Notes: generated from the sequence alone by a model not told the origin. A stretch of 63,908 bases of DNA, filler included, from Asterionella formosa (GCA_002256025.1; 11 parts of 10 records of this genome joined end to end with filler, not necessarily neighbours in it); one strand, 5' to 3'; shown: positions 26,138 through 39,203, counted from the first letter of the whole stretch. A program made the numbers and translations.

Positions 26138-26724
26138 NNNNNNNNNNNNNNNNNNNNNNNNNNNNNNNNNNNNNNNNNNNNTTAATTAATTAANNNNNNN
26201 NNNNNNNNNNNNNNNNNNNNNNNNNNNNNNNNNNNNNACATCTCTACTCGATAGCATTTTATGTAGTCTAGCGATCCTATCGAATTCCAGTTATTCCCGG
26301 GTCGTCGATATTCTTCGAATGCATATTGCAGGTTACGAAAGTGATGCCATGATCAACTCACATGATTACCATGCTCACCTCTACTACTCAGGCCGTTGTG
26401 CTACCAGAGGGGAAGTGGGAGGGCTTTGCAAGTTAAAGATTTTTGAACCCTGTATGCGCGCTGCCGTATGAAAGATAATTATGGATTCATCGTCATCACT
26501 CAGGGGGGGAGTTTTGTTCCAGCAAATATAAGTATTCAATATTGAGCGGTATAATGAAGACAATAGTAAAAGTGTGATTGATTGTTCATAACAAGTGTGT
26601 ATATGATCTAGATGGAGCGTGATGTAGTAACATGCAACACTGTCTCTACTGACAGAAGCCACATATCGGTACATACATTCAGGACATGTGATTTCCAGTT
26701 GTTTTATGTACATGCTACACTACT

Positions 26725-29166
26725 TTAAATATGGTCCTCAAGAAAGATATCCTTTGCAAAGTCATTGCTTGCGTTCAAAAAATGCAAGCTGGCCTGGAGC
26801 GTCACCAGTGCGTAGCCTTCTTTGCCCCTGAGCAACTGATCATCGCGGGCAAATTCCTCCACAAAGGCGATTTCAGCATTGAGATTGGGTACTTTTGCTA
26901 CACAAATGTGCTGGCAGGCCATCTTTAACAAAGAATCTGCACTCAAGTTACCACCATCGAAATGGTCCGCGATTCGTTCAAGAAAGACGACACAGTATTG
27001 AAGCTTATCAACCACAGAGTGAGCCTCAGGGATCTGATTCAATGCCTTAATTGCATCTTTCGAGATATCTGAAGCCAAGTGATCAGGCTCAAAAGCGTTA
27101 AACTTGGAAGTCAAGGCATCGTCTGTTGGTTTCATCTCCTGGATGATCTCAGCAAACACAGAGTCATACAGTTCCCCAAAGACCAAGGTTTCGACAGCAG
27201 CGGCGCTCATTTCTGTAATCCTTGTCGAATGCGCGAATCCAGGTCTGACTTCCAAGAGGGTAGCAGTGACGTGCTTGATGACAGCATGGGTATCTTGGCG
27301 ACGAGCTCGGACTACCCCTTCGTATGGGTCAAGATTCCTTCTGGATTCATTCGAGATAGACTCATCACTTGATTTGGCAGTATCCTTTCTTTCCCCTCTA
27401 GAATCTCGTTTATCGCTCCTGCTGCGGTGCTCGTGAATTAAACTTCGGTACACATGACCTGGAACAGTGTATTTACAATTCAAGCTTCGACTCACAAGCA
27501 ACAAAACCTTGTCTTCAGTCGGAATCTCAAATTCATCTGTATACACAATATCCTCGTCCCGCTTGCTTCGTTCTTGTCTTTCCAGTTGTGCTTGCTTCTC
27601 TGGCGAGCTCGAGAGCATCTGAAGGAACGACGTAGTAGGTACAGGAGTGGATCGTTTCACATTGGCAGTTATTGCATCCCACTCGGGGTCAATCCAAACA
27701 TTTGGTCGGACCAACAGAACTTTGCGATTTATGTCTTTCTCGCCTATAGTCAGAATTCGTTTCTTGTGGTGATCTTGTAGCTTCTGAGCCACTGTAAAAC
27801 CAGCAGCTGCTGCTCCTGCTACACCAGCTACAAATATTCCAATAGAGTAAGAGCCTTCCAAAGCCACTCCAATAAAGCCAACAGTTTGACCGCACTTTGC
27901 TCCTAGAACCGCCCCCGCAGGTCCAGCTACGAACAACCCAGCTACACCGCCAGCGATTCCCCCCGCGACGGAGGCGTAACCTATTTTTTTACGCAAAGAA
28001 GTGGAAGTTTTTGCAGCTTCGTATGTATCATTCGCGAGTCGCAAGATGGTATTTGTTGCTTTGGGTGGCTCGACTTCGCTCAGCAGTGCCTCGACCTCTT
28101 TCTTGCTATCGTCGACCACCTTCTGTTGCATATCAGATGGCGAGAGAACAGAAGCTGTATTGTCCTTGATGAGAGCCCTCGTAATCCATCGTTTCACTTC
28201 ACCCTCGTTGAGGCGATTGTCGTTGCAATCTTCGTCTGTCGACATCAAGGGTTCGGCAACTTCGTCACCTTGGACATGGACTACGTAGTCCAGTTTGGAT
28301 GTTTGGAAATGACAAAGAATATTTTCTTGTAGTGCTCGGGCTACAGCAAAAAATGTGCTTTCTCCTATTGACGTCATCGAGGTCGTTTCGTCGTGTTGTG
28401 AAGGCAATGCCAATGAGTCAACCCCAGGTGTAACAAGCATCACCTGGTCCTCGGGTTCATTGATAACTGATTTCATGGAGTTTGACGAAGCCCAATGCTG
28501 TGGCGGCCCATCATTGGTCCATACGAATGATTTCTGCGAAGAATCGAATTGTTCGCCTTTGGTCTCCTCATCCGTTGTTTCTGTTACCTGACTATCTCTC
28601 AGCGCCAAAAGATTTCGGAACGAGCTCAGTAAACTAATCGAGGGAAACATAGATTCACTCATCCATGTATTTTCTTGTTCGTGTTTTGATAATTCATCAC
28701 GTTCGTCAATTTCGTCAACGGAAGCCATCTTGTTCGGCTGTTCCAATTGTGTTGACTCAATTTCAGTCCCACTATCAGCTGGGCAAGACATATGCGTATT
28801 CGATTCAATCGAACTGCTTGAGTTAAAGGTTTCATCGTCTCCTTGTTCGGAAAATATCAGCGGTCCGTTCACGGGGCATTTCAGAGCCCAACTTGTTTCC
28901 TCGTTCCTAGCGCAAGCACGATGCGCATAGAAACCGCAAGCAAGACAACGAACGACTTGGTCTGATCCGCCAGTCCCCAGAACAGTCCGCAATCGATGTT
29001 CACAGCCTGCACAAGTTCGCATCGGCCCGGATATTAGGAATGAGACTTGTTGGAAAGAGTGATAATGAATTGGGTGAATGCATTTGCGTGATAATTCCAT
29101 GCTGGTAATAGTTTGTTCCAAAACGGAAGTGGCTTCGTGGGACTTCGTCACTTCTTGCTCGTTCAT
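26725..29166 (-). CDS. C1 (DAG/phorbol-type Zn finger) + glycine-zipper/TM segment + C-terminal VPS9 (Rab5 GEF) protein
   Basis: H-x12-C-x2-C..C-x2-C-x4-H-x2-C..C near the N-terminus; GGIAGGVAGLFVAGPAGAVLG; LSADSLL..LRGKEGYALVTLQASLHFL. Intact 813 aa. Confidence 0.8.
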   Translation of the reverse strand: MNEQEVTKSHEATSVLEQTITSMELSRKCIHPIHYHSFQQVSFLISGPMRTCAGCEHRLRTVLGTGGSDQVVRCLACGFYAHRACARNEETSWALKCPVNGPLIFSEQGDDETFNSSSSIESNTHMSCPADSGTEIESTQLEQPNKMASVDEIDERDELSKHEQENTWMSESMFPSISLLSSFRNLLALRDSQVTETTDEETKGEQFDSSQKSFVWTNDGPPQHWASSNSMKSVINEPEDQVMLVTPGVDSLALPSQHDETTSMTSIGESTFFAVARALQENILCHFQTSKLDYVVHVQGDEVAEPLMSTDEDCNDNRLNEGEVKRWITRALIKDNTASVLSPSDMQQKVVDDSKKEVEALLSEVEPPKATNTILRLANDTYEAAKTSTSLRKKIGYASVAGGIAGGVAGLFVAGPAGAVLGAKCGQTVGFIGVALEGSYSIGIFVAGVAGAAAAGFTVAQKLQDHHKKRILTIGEKDINRKVLLVRPNVWIDPEWDAITANVKRSTPVPTTSFLQMLSSSPEKQAQLERQERSKRDEDIVYTDEFEIPTEDKVLLLVSRSLNCKYTVPGHVYRSLIHEHRSRSDKRDSRGERKDTAKSSDESISNESRRNLDPYEGVVRARRQDTHAVIKHVTATLLEVRPGFAHSTRITEMSAAAVETLVFGELYDSVFAEIIQEMKPTDDALTSKFNAFEPDHLASDISKDAIKALNQIPEAHSVVDKLQYCVVFLERIADHFDGGNLSADSLLKMACQHICVAKVPNLNAEIAFVEEFARDDQLLRGKEGYALVTLQASLHFLNASNDFAKDIFLEDHI

Positions 29167-29867
29167 TCTTTTAAGTTTTGACCACAGCCAACAATCTCTC
29201 GCAACTCCTTATCGAAGCAAACAAGTAAGATATCTTGACGGGACATAAAGGAAGCAGTGTTGCTCAACTGCGATGCTTGCTGATTGACTTCGGCACGGCT
29301 GTCGTCATGATCGCTGTTCACCGATTCTTTCAAATTTTGACTTCAGAACGGTACCGGGACTATTGTTACCTGCCGGTCTTCCGTGTTGAGCAAGGATGCA
29401 TTGCTCACATGGAGTTCTGTTTGTGGACTCAGTCGACTGCATAGGGGTAAAATGAATGCTTGCTTGTCTGTATGGAATGATGTGGGGAATTCAAGTGAGA
29501 TTCCTAGGCAAGATTCGAGTCTGGACGCCTGACAACAATAACACGCACTTGCTTTATTCAATCCAATTATTGAGATCAGAAGTACCCTAGTACCTGGTAC
29601 CAGGGTACCGGTATGTTCGATACCAGTAAACCCTACTGGTAGTAGGTACCTGCTACAGGAAGATGATGTAACAAGATATGTGGACGTACATAATTCTACG
29701 TAATTTGTCAACACGTACTTCATGCTTTTCCCAACCCCACGTCGGTTGAAAGCCCGAATCCTTGCTTGGTTATATTTGCTTCGGTTACTATCGATTGCGT
29801 GCCTCACACCACAAGAAAGAACACATATTTTCCGCTTTTTTGTTTCTCAATTGAACAATAAAGCACA

Positions 29868-32561
29868 ATGAAGTTCTCGATGTATGCTTTGGCTGCTACG
29901 GCTCTTGCCGCTAGTGTTAACGGCTTTGCGGTCCAGACCTCTGGACGCTTCGCTATTCGTCAGGTATGAGGAACTTCACGAGAATCGATTATAGTGTTCA
30001 GATAACGGTGGATTGATCGAGACAAGGAATGAGAGCCTTATTAAGGTCGTTCCCATTATAATGTCTTTGGGATCATGACAGCGAGCCCTATTGATATGTG
30101 GCTCATGGGAGTCACTTGGCAGACGATGGGCATACTAGTGTGTGCCCCCAATCACTTTATTGTTCTGAATCGCATCGCTCACTCGATTTCCTTTTGTCTC
30201 CTTTGCGATTCAACCTTCTTCAATCAAACTTATTATTTCATTTACTTTGGTGCATACTTTCTCATCTCTATTGCTACTGACTGGTATTATACCTACTGTT
30301 TTTTCTACCGACACAAACAATGAATGCCAGGCTGCGTCGCTCAAGATGTCTTCAGCTGTTGATGTCGACACTAAGACTGCCCTTCTGATCGCTGCCAACG
30401 AGGCCCGTGGACTTGCCATGGACTCAATCGCTGCCGCCCACTCTGGCCACATGGGACTTCCTCTTGGTTGCGCCGAGGTTGGAGCGTCCCTTTACGGATC
30501 ACAGGTATGTTTTCCCTTGCCAACTTCGTGGAACGCAATCAATTGCAGTCTCGCATGCGTAGGGTGATGGTAATTCACCTACGTACTATTTCGGTCACCG
30601 AGAAAGAATGACGTCGCACCTTAGTGACATCGAGCCGCTCATTTTTTGATTTTTTTTCTCACCCTTTTTTGCAATCCGATTGTTTCTCATGTCATCAGAT
30701 GACCTATAACCCCAAGGACCCACAATGGATCAATCGCGATCGCTTCATCCTTTCAGCTGGACACGGATCGATGTTCCTATACTCTTGGTTAAACATTGCA
30801 GGTTTTGATCTTCCCATGGAGGAAGTTGCCAATTTCCGTCAGTACCACTCGATGACACCTGGCCATCCTGAATTCCCCAACTCGGAGCACAACACCCCTG
30901 GAATTGAGTCCACCACTGGTCCTCTTGGACAGGGTGTTGCCAACGCTGTTGGACTCGCCGCTTCCGAAAAGATGGCTGAGGCCGTCTACAACACTCCTGA
31001 GCACAAGATCTTTGGACACCACATCTACGTCCTTGCCGGAGATGGTTGCTTCCAGGAAGGTGTCTCTGCTGAGGCCGCAGCCTTTGCCGCCCACGAGAAG
31101 CTTGACAACTTGATTGTCCTTTACGATGCCAATGAAGTCACTCTCGACAAGATGGCCGAATATACACAGTCCGAGGACATCATCATGCGCTACAAGGCAT
31201 ACGGTTGGGAGACCTACGACATTGATGGTCACGATCTTGATGCCGTCGAAGCCGCTATCTCAGCTGCCAAGGCGAGCGACAACGGCAAGCCTAAGTTCAT
31301 CAAGTGCAATACCATCATTGGAAAAGGTATGGAAGAGACTGAGGGAACGAACGCTGCTCATGGAGAGGCTGGTGTTCCATACGTCACCAAGGCCAAGCTG
31401 AACATCGGCCTCCCTGAAGGCGAGAAGTGGTATGTTTCCCAGGGAACCCGCGACCTCTTTGCTGATGTCCAGAAAAAGAACACTGCTATTTATGATGAAT
31501 GGCAATCAACTTTCGCCGCCTGGAAGGAAGCCAACCCTGAACTTTCCAAACAGCTTCACAACGCCATCAGCGATACCGTTCCCACTCCTAAGGAATTCTT
31601 CACCGCTATCCCTGAGATGAAGTCTGGTGCTGAGGCCACCCGTGTGTCCGGAAATAAAGTTATCCAGTACATTTCAAAGCTTGTACCTCAATATGTTTCT
31701 GGATCCGCCGATCTTCACGGATCTACCCGCAACTACATCAACGAAGGAGGAAACTTCGGATCTGGATTTGATAAGACCTACGCCGGAAAGAACTTGTACT
31801 TCGGAATTCGTGAACATGCCATGGGATCTATCATGAATGGATTTGCATACCACGGTCTTTTCAAGATCTCTGGATCCACATTCGCCGTCTTCGTCGATTA
31901 TTTCCGCCCAACCATCCGTGTTGCAGCGCTTGCCGAGCTAAATGCTGTTTCTTACATTCTCACCCACGATTCTATCGGTGTTGGTGAGGATGGCCCTACC
32001 CATCAGCCTGTGGAGACCGTCTCGGGCCTCCGTGTCTTCCCTAACCTTGATGTCTACCGTCCTGCTGATGCTGAGGAGACAGTTGCCGCGTTCGTCCATT
32101 CGGTTACCCACAAGGAAGGACCAACGGCCTTGATCTTCTCTCGTCAGAACATTGTTCAAAATGACGACCTTGATTACATGGTCCGTCGTGAGGGATCTAT
32201 GAAGGGAGCCTACATCGCAAAGACTGAGAGTGCACCTCTTGACCTTATCATCATCGCGACTGGATCGGAGGTCCAGCATGCCCTTGCCGCTGCCAAGGAC
32301 CTTCCAGGTGCCCGTGTTGTTTCCATGCCTTGCATGTCCGTCTTCGAGCGCCAATCGGATGAATACAAGGAGTCCGTTCTCCCTTCGTCTTGCACCAAGC
32401 GTATTGCAATGGAAGCCGGTGTCTCCGGACTTTGGTACAAGTATGCTTCTAAGGTTGTCGGTGTTGACCGTTTCGGTTTCTCCGCCCCTGGAGACATTGT
32501 CATGAAGGAGCTTGGTATGTCCGCTGAAAACCTCTCTGCCGAAATTGCTTCCATGAACTAA
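29868..32561 (+). CDS. TKL: Plastid-targeted transketolase (exons 29868-29963, 30331-30504, 30699-32561)
   Basis: Signal peptide [20 protein letters not shown] + transit peptide. [52 protein letters not shown]. Two phase-0 GT-AG introns. Confidence 0.97.
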
Positions 32562-32788
32562 ATAGGCAAGCAAACGAGATAGGAAAGAATCACTCTGTAA
32601 CCTCATTTTTAGACAAATATATCTGCGCTCCTCATCTTTTTTATTGTATAGTTACGCACGCTTTGTTGGACATGACATCTGCAGCGAGNNNNNNNNNNNN
32701 NNNNNNNNNNNNNNNNNNNNNNNNNNNNNNNNTTAATTAATTAANNNNNNNNNNNNNNNNNNNNNNNNNNNNNNNNNNNNNNNNNNNN

Positions 32789-32962
32789 ATGCATATTACC
32801 GTTATTTTGGTTGTCATGCTTAAATCGGCAATTGTATTGCCGAAAAATTCGATGTGCCCCATATTGCCCTTAAATAAAAATTACTTAAGAAATTACTTAG
32901 AGCCTAAAAATTACTTAGAAGTACCCGAATGGCAAAACGATAGCTGGAGCGGAAATTGCCGT
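32789..32962 (+). repeat. Copy of the terminal region of the pogo-like element (second copy ~39037-39203)
   Basis: gtcatgct.aa..ggcaatt..cgaaaaattcgatgt.ccc.atattgccc.taaataaaaa..acgatagctggag..gaaattgcc is present in both copies. Confidence 0.75.
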
Positions 32963-33583
32963 TGTACCGGTAAATGCAGGCCTTACAGGAAGTTGATCCT
33001 CCAACCCTACATGACAAACATGCTCAAAGTAAAAAGGAATCTTTCTCATTTACCTGTAGTACAAACCGTCTTTCCTGGATTGGCTTCACAGAATTTGATA
33101 TTCTAAAATAACTTGTTCACGCAACCACAGAGCGAGTCATGTTCAACGGCTGAAAATTATTTTATATATTATTCATGAATCATTATGTCCCTCTGATTTC
33201 ACGCCGAACAGCTCATACATACTTTAGCAGATGAATGACTACCGGTATTTCACACATAAAACATGTTTGGTGAGGATGAAACGTACGAGGACGTGATCAC
33301 GTTAGTTGGTACAAGGGTACCAGGTACTCACTCCGGAGTACCAGGGAACATGACTATACTGGAATATTCGTCATGGAATACCGGTACCGGTACTCCAGCA
33401 GGAAAAAATTTGGCCAACTTGTGGTACTCCACTTTGTACTCTCGCAGGTACATACACTACAAGGTACCTGGTACCTGGTACCAACAAACCATCATTCTTG
33501 CTTCTCCCGCTTGTAGTGCTCATATTGCAATATTTGCACACATAAACTTGTTCGGGTCAAGGGCTGCGGATTCGTTGCTAACC

Positions 33584-34791
33584 ATGCTGTCCGTTTGCAA
33601 AGAGCTTTCGCCGCGAACGGAAATCATACTCGCTGTAATATCCTACTCGCTTTGCTCGGGAACACTAGTATTGGTCAACAAACTGATTCTCCACTTCCTG
33701 CCATTCCCTTCCCTTGTCATTACCTTCCAGCTATGGGCAACTCTCATTTTTATCATTACTGCTCAGTGTATGAAGATATTGAAGGTGGATCCTATTCGGT
33801 GGAAAGTTATCGTTCCTTATTTGGCCTACACGGTCGCATTTTCCCTTGGAGTGTATTGCAACATGCAATCACTCTCGACGAGCAACGTCGAAACTGTTAT
33901 TGTTTTCCGAGCCTTGGCACCGTGTCTCGTTGCCTTGTTGGATGCCATGTTCCTGGGACGAGAGTTTCCTTCAACAAGATCCTGGATTTCTTTGTCGCTC
34001 ATCTTTTTGGGTGCGTTGGGGTATGCATCCTTTGATCCGAAGTTTCAATCTCAGGGTATGCAAGCATATCTGTGGCCATTGGCATATCTTGCTACGATTT
34101 CCTTTGAAATGGCTTATGGAAAGATAATTATCAGGTCAGTGGATCTCAAAACAAAGTCCGGTCCTGTCTTGTACACCAACTTGCTAGGGTGGCCTCCAAT
34201 GCTGCTTTTTGCCAAACTTGGCGGGGAATATGACCGCTTCTGGAATGAAGTTTGGTTGAACGAGGGGGTGAAATTTCCACCAGGCAGCATCGCTATTTTG
34301 ATACTAGGATGTGTGGTTGGAACTGGAATAGGATATTCAAGTTGGTGGTGCCGTGACAAGGTCTCGGCGACTTCGTTCACTCTAGTTGGAGTTATGAACA
34401 AATGCTTGACAGTGCTATTGAATCTTCTTATATGGGACCAACATGCACCGGTACGTGTGATGTAGAAGTATGGATGGGATTGGAGCCATGGCCAGGATGT
34501 GCCTAGAATCTTTGACATTGCTGACATTCGCTTTCACCACCTTAGCCCATGGGAATCGCGTCTTTATTGATTTGTTTGGTGGGAGGCAGCTTTTACAAAC
34601 AAGCACCAATGCGCGCAAACCCCAAGTCAGAAGAAAGAAAGAATTTAATCTCCAATGAAGAAGGAGTATGGGATGATGATCTAGCTAGTGTTGCACATGA
34701 CGAAGACGTTGAATTGTTGTCTCTGTCATCAACTCCAACTGGTGCCTGTGTGACACCGGATAAATCGGGTGTTCAGCGACGGGCAAACTAG
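33584..34791 (+). CDS. Golgi nucleotide-sugar transporter, GONST-like (GDP-mannose/GDP-fucose) (exons 33584-34450, 34546-34791)
   Basis: Multi-TM; YSLCSGTLVLVNK, SNVETVIVFR, SATSFTLVGVMNK, WDQHAP|PMGIASLLICLVGGSFYKQAP. GT-AG intron 34451-34545. Confidence 0.9.
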
Positions 34792-34855
34792 AGTGCAAAG
34801 CATGGTACCGTGCGTTCGTTTTAATTCATAAAGAAAATCTAAATTTTTTTTTGGA

Positions 34856-35359
34856 TCATGATTCTCCTCTCCTGTCTCTTTGCAACTGAGAAACTCGTTC
34901 TAGAACAATGCTACAAGCGACGTTGACATTGAGGCTTGCAGTACCGGCTCCAAATTGGCTAATGATGATGAAATCATCGCAGTCCTTCATGTGCTTCTCG
35001 TGTATTCCTTGCCCTTCATTTCCCATCATAAAGGCCAATTTGCCGCGCCCGTGAAAATTGTCCAAATTGATAGCCCGCGGGTGTATTTCTACCCCAACTA
35101 GCCGAATCGAGTTTTGTTTCAAATGGTTCACCAATTTCTGCCACTTATCAAATCGAATGATTTTCATGCCATCATCGCAGTTTTTCAGTTGACGGGGAAG
35201 ATCAGATTCAAAGTCAAAATGGCTCTGACCGACAACAAAAATGGCCTTGCAATGGAAGGCTGCAGCTGTCAGCAACAACGATTTGACATTGGGACGCTTG
35301 GAAATGTTTGTCAGCACAAGATAGATGTCTTCCTCACTAAAACAAGATGATTGCTGCAT
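34856..35359 (-). CDS. SpoU/TrmH-family (SPOUT) RNA 2'-O-methyltransferase
   Basis: NISKRPNV, LVGVEI, FMMGNEGQGI, ASLNVNVA motifs. Confidence 0.88.
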   Translation of the reverse strand: MQQSSCFSEEDIYLVLTNISKRPNVKSLLLTAAAFHCKAIFVVGQSHFDFESDLPRQLKNCDDGMKIIRFDKWQKLVNHLKQNSIRLVGVEIHPRAINLDNFHGRGKLAFMMGNEGQGIHEKHMKDCDDFIIISQFGAGTASLNVNVACSIVLERVSQLQRDRRGES

Positions 35360-35596
35360 TTTGATGTTCCATTGTCAGAAGTTGCAACGATTCATCAGCA
35401 AGTATGAGAGTGCAGTTGTTTATCATGGTTACCGTATTCCATTTTTCTCTCGACCTTCCTCCTCCCCACCCAGCAACATGCATGCACGAACCATCAAATG
35501 CGTAGCATGATCTTCGAACCGAGCGCCCACTTCGTCGCCACTCTATCCTTATGGGTACCAAGTACCCAGTACCTATGGTCCCTGGTACCAGCAAGC

Positions 35597-37337
35597 ACTT
35601 GCGGTAATTTTGCTGATTCACGTTAGCGGCTGATGGGCAGACACAGGAATTCAAAAAGAAATAAGCTGGAGCCTTAACGGTTAAATCAATAACGCTTGGC
35701 ACAGACCCGTGAAATCGGTGTTCGCCAAATGAATTTGAGCGATATGTTTCGGTCCAAAATAAGTCATTTAGAAGAGTATTATTGTAAAACGGTCTAATTT
35801 ATGAGAATTTAGATCTCTAATGGCAGCAACGGAAACGAATTTTTGGAGGAGGGATCAACAGCAGTTATAATTATTACAACTCGACAAAATACCAACAAAC
35901 TGGTCACATGGTGGAAGAATGGCGACTATCTACTCACGACACTGCCAGGTGCATTATGCTCTGACAATGTATGTGGGAAGCTGCTTGCATGGTCAGAGAG
36001 AACAAGCAAGCCTAGTCGAATTTACATTCACAGTCAGGAAGGAATAGGACAGTTTTCAGCCCTTACCACAATTGTTGTTTCTGCTCGAAACTCGGAATAC
36101 AATGTCCTATACAGGCCTGATGGCGATGACATGACTGCGTCTGTTGTTAGGCCAAGCATCCTCTGTAAGGGGTTTTATGATTTGTCCAATCAATCGCAAG
36201 AAATTTGCGCCAACAACTTCTTGCAGTGGTGTCACGAAAACGATTTGGAAGGACATCTCAACGACCCCAATTACGAGGAATCAATTGAAACAATACATGT
36301 CCAAAAATCTACCATCAAACAAGTAATCCGAATCGTCAAAGGCAACTAATCATGGCAGACCAAAACGAAACAAAAAGATTGGGTATAAAGGTCATAGTTG
36401 TGAATACAAGTGGATGTTGCAGTCAAGAAAGTGTTAGCTACTATGCGTTCAGAAGGATGATACTAAAAGATTCATAATCTTGTTATCTCTCATGTAATTC
36501 TTTTATTAAAAGTGTTTGTTTTAGATTTGAACTTCATATTGGCTTGCAATCCAGAATTACTGGGAGGCATGTCGACAATGATTTCAAAAACTTCGGCCAT
36601 TGGGAGTTTAGTGATGGTTTCTGTTTTTGGGGTGATGAATGCCCTTGTCGGACGAATGGATTGAACGAAAGCATCAACAACCAGCCAAAGGAAAAGAGGT
36701 AATTTCGATAACAGAAGCTCTAATTTTCTAATGTTCTTGGAGTATATGTTGAGGAAAGTTGATGATTGTCGCCATCACCATGGAAACAGTCTTATCCTTT
36801 GTGGCGTTTACGCCAAGTAATATTAATAGCGATATATTCAAATGCTGAGTCTGATGCACATGCTTGTGGAGACACGAAAAAAAGGCTAGCTGTTTTGCCA
36901 TTACTGAGATATACTTGTGAAAAATACCTCTGTAAAGATTCATTTTTTTTCTGAAAATACAATTCAAAATTATAAAAACTATTTGTATCGCTGTTAAGAC
37001 CTGCCATCAGACGATTTTTTGTCAGACACATGCTATCGGTAATAGTTTTCAAGCATCAGCAACTTCTTTTCAGACACGCACAACTAGCATCAGACACATA
37101 CAAAAATAGCTCCATAATTTCATTTTAGTCAACTTAATTATACTTATTTCGATTGAAGGGAACAAATTGGAGCCTAATGGACACAATAATAGAAAATCAA
37201 AGCATTGACTAGCCTGCCGGTCCTTCCTTAGTTAGGTTTCGAGCAGGCCATCATAATAATATGAGTAAGGATCCACTAGTATGCTGGGGGCTAAATTTTT
37301 CTTCCGTAATTGACTATCAGTATATTTACCGCAACTT
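35597..37337. mobile_element. Putative non-autonomous TIR element (~1.7 kb) containing an unknown 168-aa ORF (35843-36349)
   Basis: Left ttgcggtaattttgctgat; right atcagtatatttaccgcaactt (inverted). Same terminal motif at 161 and 59029. No TSD found. Confidence 0.45.
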
Positions 37338-38039
37338 AAAGGTGAGCGATCTCGCTCAACTACAGACACACCTATAGGGTTGTTAGGCTTACATGGATTA
37401 TATCAGAACTCGACTAACACCTATTTGAAAACTTTATTGTCAACCTAGGAGATTGAGTTGCAAACAAGGATTAACTAATAAGCTCATATATTCAACAATT
37501 GCTACACTATCAAGCTGTACCTGGACTACTATTATAGTATATGTACCGGTAGAAAACTGGGAGAAGTACCTGGTACCTGGGAAATACGGAAAACGTGCTT
37601 GTACTACACATGGAAGAGAATTTTAGAAACAATTTTCAAAATTCGCCACAAAAACTAAAGGCGTTACACGTAGCTTAAAGTCCTTTCTTGGGATGGGCCA
37701 GCGGGGTAAAATGCATGCATGCCGGCCTTACCAGCGAGGAAACTGACCTCTGCTTGCTTAAACTTAAGCAGCAAACGAGCTTCTAACCACATTAGGGTTA
37801 GGAGGGTTTTTTTTGGGGCCCACCGGTGCTGCTGTTAGGGATGATGTATGGTGATTCACATCGTCATCTATAGTTCTACCAGCTTCAACACGAAAATCGA
37901 ATCGAAAATTACGATTTGAGCCAGTGCTATGGAATCATAGCTTCTACAAATCAATAATATAATAATAAAGTATGCTTACTAATCAGACTATAAAGTTACA
38001 TTTCTAGTCACATGCTACACTTTTTGACTAATATAGAGT

Positions 38040-39203
38040 CATCAATTGCTTGCAACATACTTAACAAACCACAGAATTCCAGCTGTTCATAATTGTTGAT
38101 TGTGAAACCTTCTCCCAATCTGTCCATACCCACTGAGCGACATCCTGCTGCTGCTTCACCTTCGTACCATGAGGATGGGCGACCATCAAGTCCTCATAGG
38201 CATCCCTAACAAATCCTTTAAAGGGCCTATTGACCCCAACGTCCAACACCTGTAGTTTGGAGTGTATCCTCCACAAATGAAGTCCATAGCATTGCCACAA
38301 TCCTGAAATACATTTAGGGTTGTCACCATCAAATGCAGCACCTGGAAGTCGTCCATTAGCAGGTAGCTTGGTTGGCTATCATAACTGATTGTACATGCCT
38401 TCCTTCTTCAAAGAAAAAACCGACTCGTCAACACACATCGTTGTCTGACAACAATAAACCATCTGCGGGGGATAAGCAAACCGTTAATTGTTAAATTCTC
38501 ACTGGATCCTGGCGTTAGGTACTCCTTCGAAATCAACAAGAGGAGCAAGCTTCTTGCCAGACATTGAAATGCCCAACAACACTGTTCAGGGCATGCTGCT
38601 GCCATTAGTGCATAAGCTGACGGTTTTGGCACCTTGATCAGCTAGTGTGAGACCGCCCAAAAAATCAACATAAATGTTTGTCTCATCGATATTTATGATA
38701 CTAGGATGAGGATACAAGCCTTCAAGAAACTGCACATTACTGTAGTGGCGATACTCCTGCATGACACTCAGCATGTAGCAAGTGTTTTGCGCCTTGTGGG
38801 TGATACAACAATACACAATGTTTTGTGAGGCGCACTGATGAGCACATGCTGTTGCATGAGAGTCAAGCTAACCTGCTTCATTTCTAAGCCAAAACACCTT
38901 TTTCAATTTCTCATTTGATGCTACTTATTACATTGCATGTCAAATGTTGGTTGCTCCAAACATCATGTTCAATTTTCATTGATAGTGTATGGTACAATCA
39001 TTCTCGTGTGTTTGATGCTTGTTTTTGCCATTTCTATGTATGTTACCGATATTCTGGCTGTCATGCTAAAGAATTGGCAATTTTCATTTCGAAAAATTCG
39101 ATGTACCCTATATTGCCCCTAAATAAAAATCACTTAAAAACTTAAAAGTTCCTTAGAGTACCTCAGTGCCATGACGATAGCTGGAGTGGGCAGCGAAATT
39201 GCC
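38040..39203 (-). pseudogene. pogo-like DDE_1 transposase remnant with 5' terminal region
   Basis: IINIDETNIY..GAKTVS, LQVLDVGVNRPFK, VAQWVWTDWEKVSQSTIMNSW. Many frameshifts. Confidence 0.8.

Noticed and set aside
30789..32606. Long antisense ORFs over transketolase (and similar ones over RRN3, VPS9 and pol)
   Set aside because: Shadow ORFs from codon bias, with no recognisable motifs.
33263..33583. 107-aa N-terminal extension of the transporter ORF
   Set aside because: Translates the GGTACC cluster (VPGT repeats). The real start is most likely ATG 33584.
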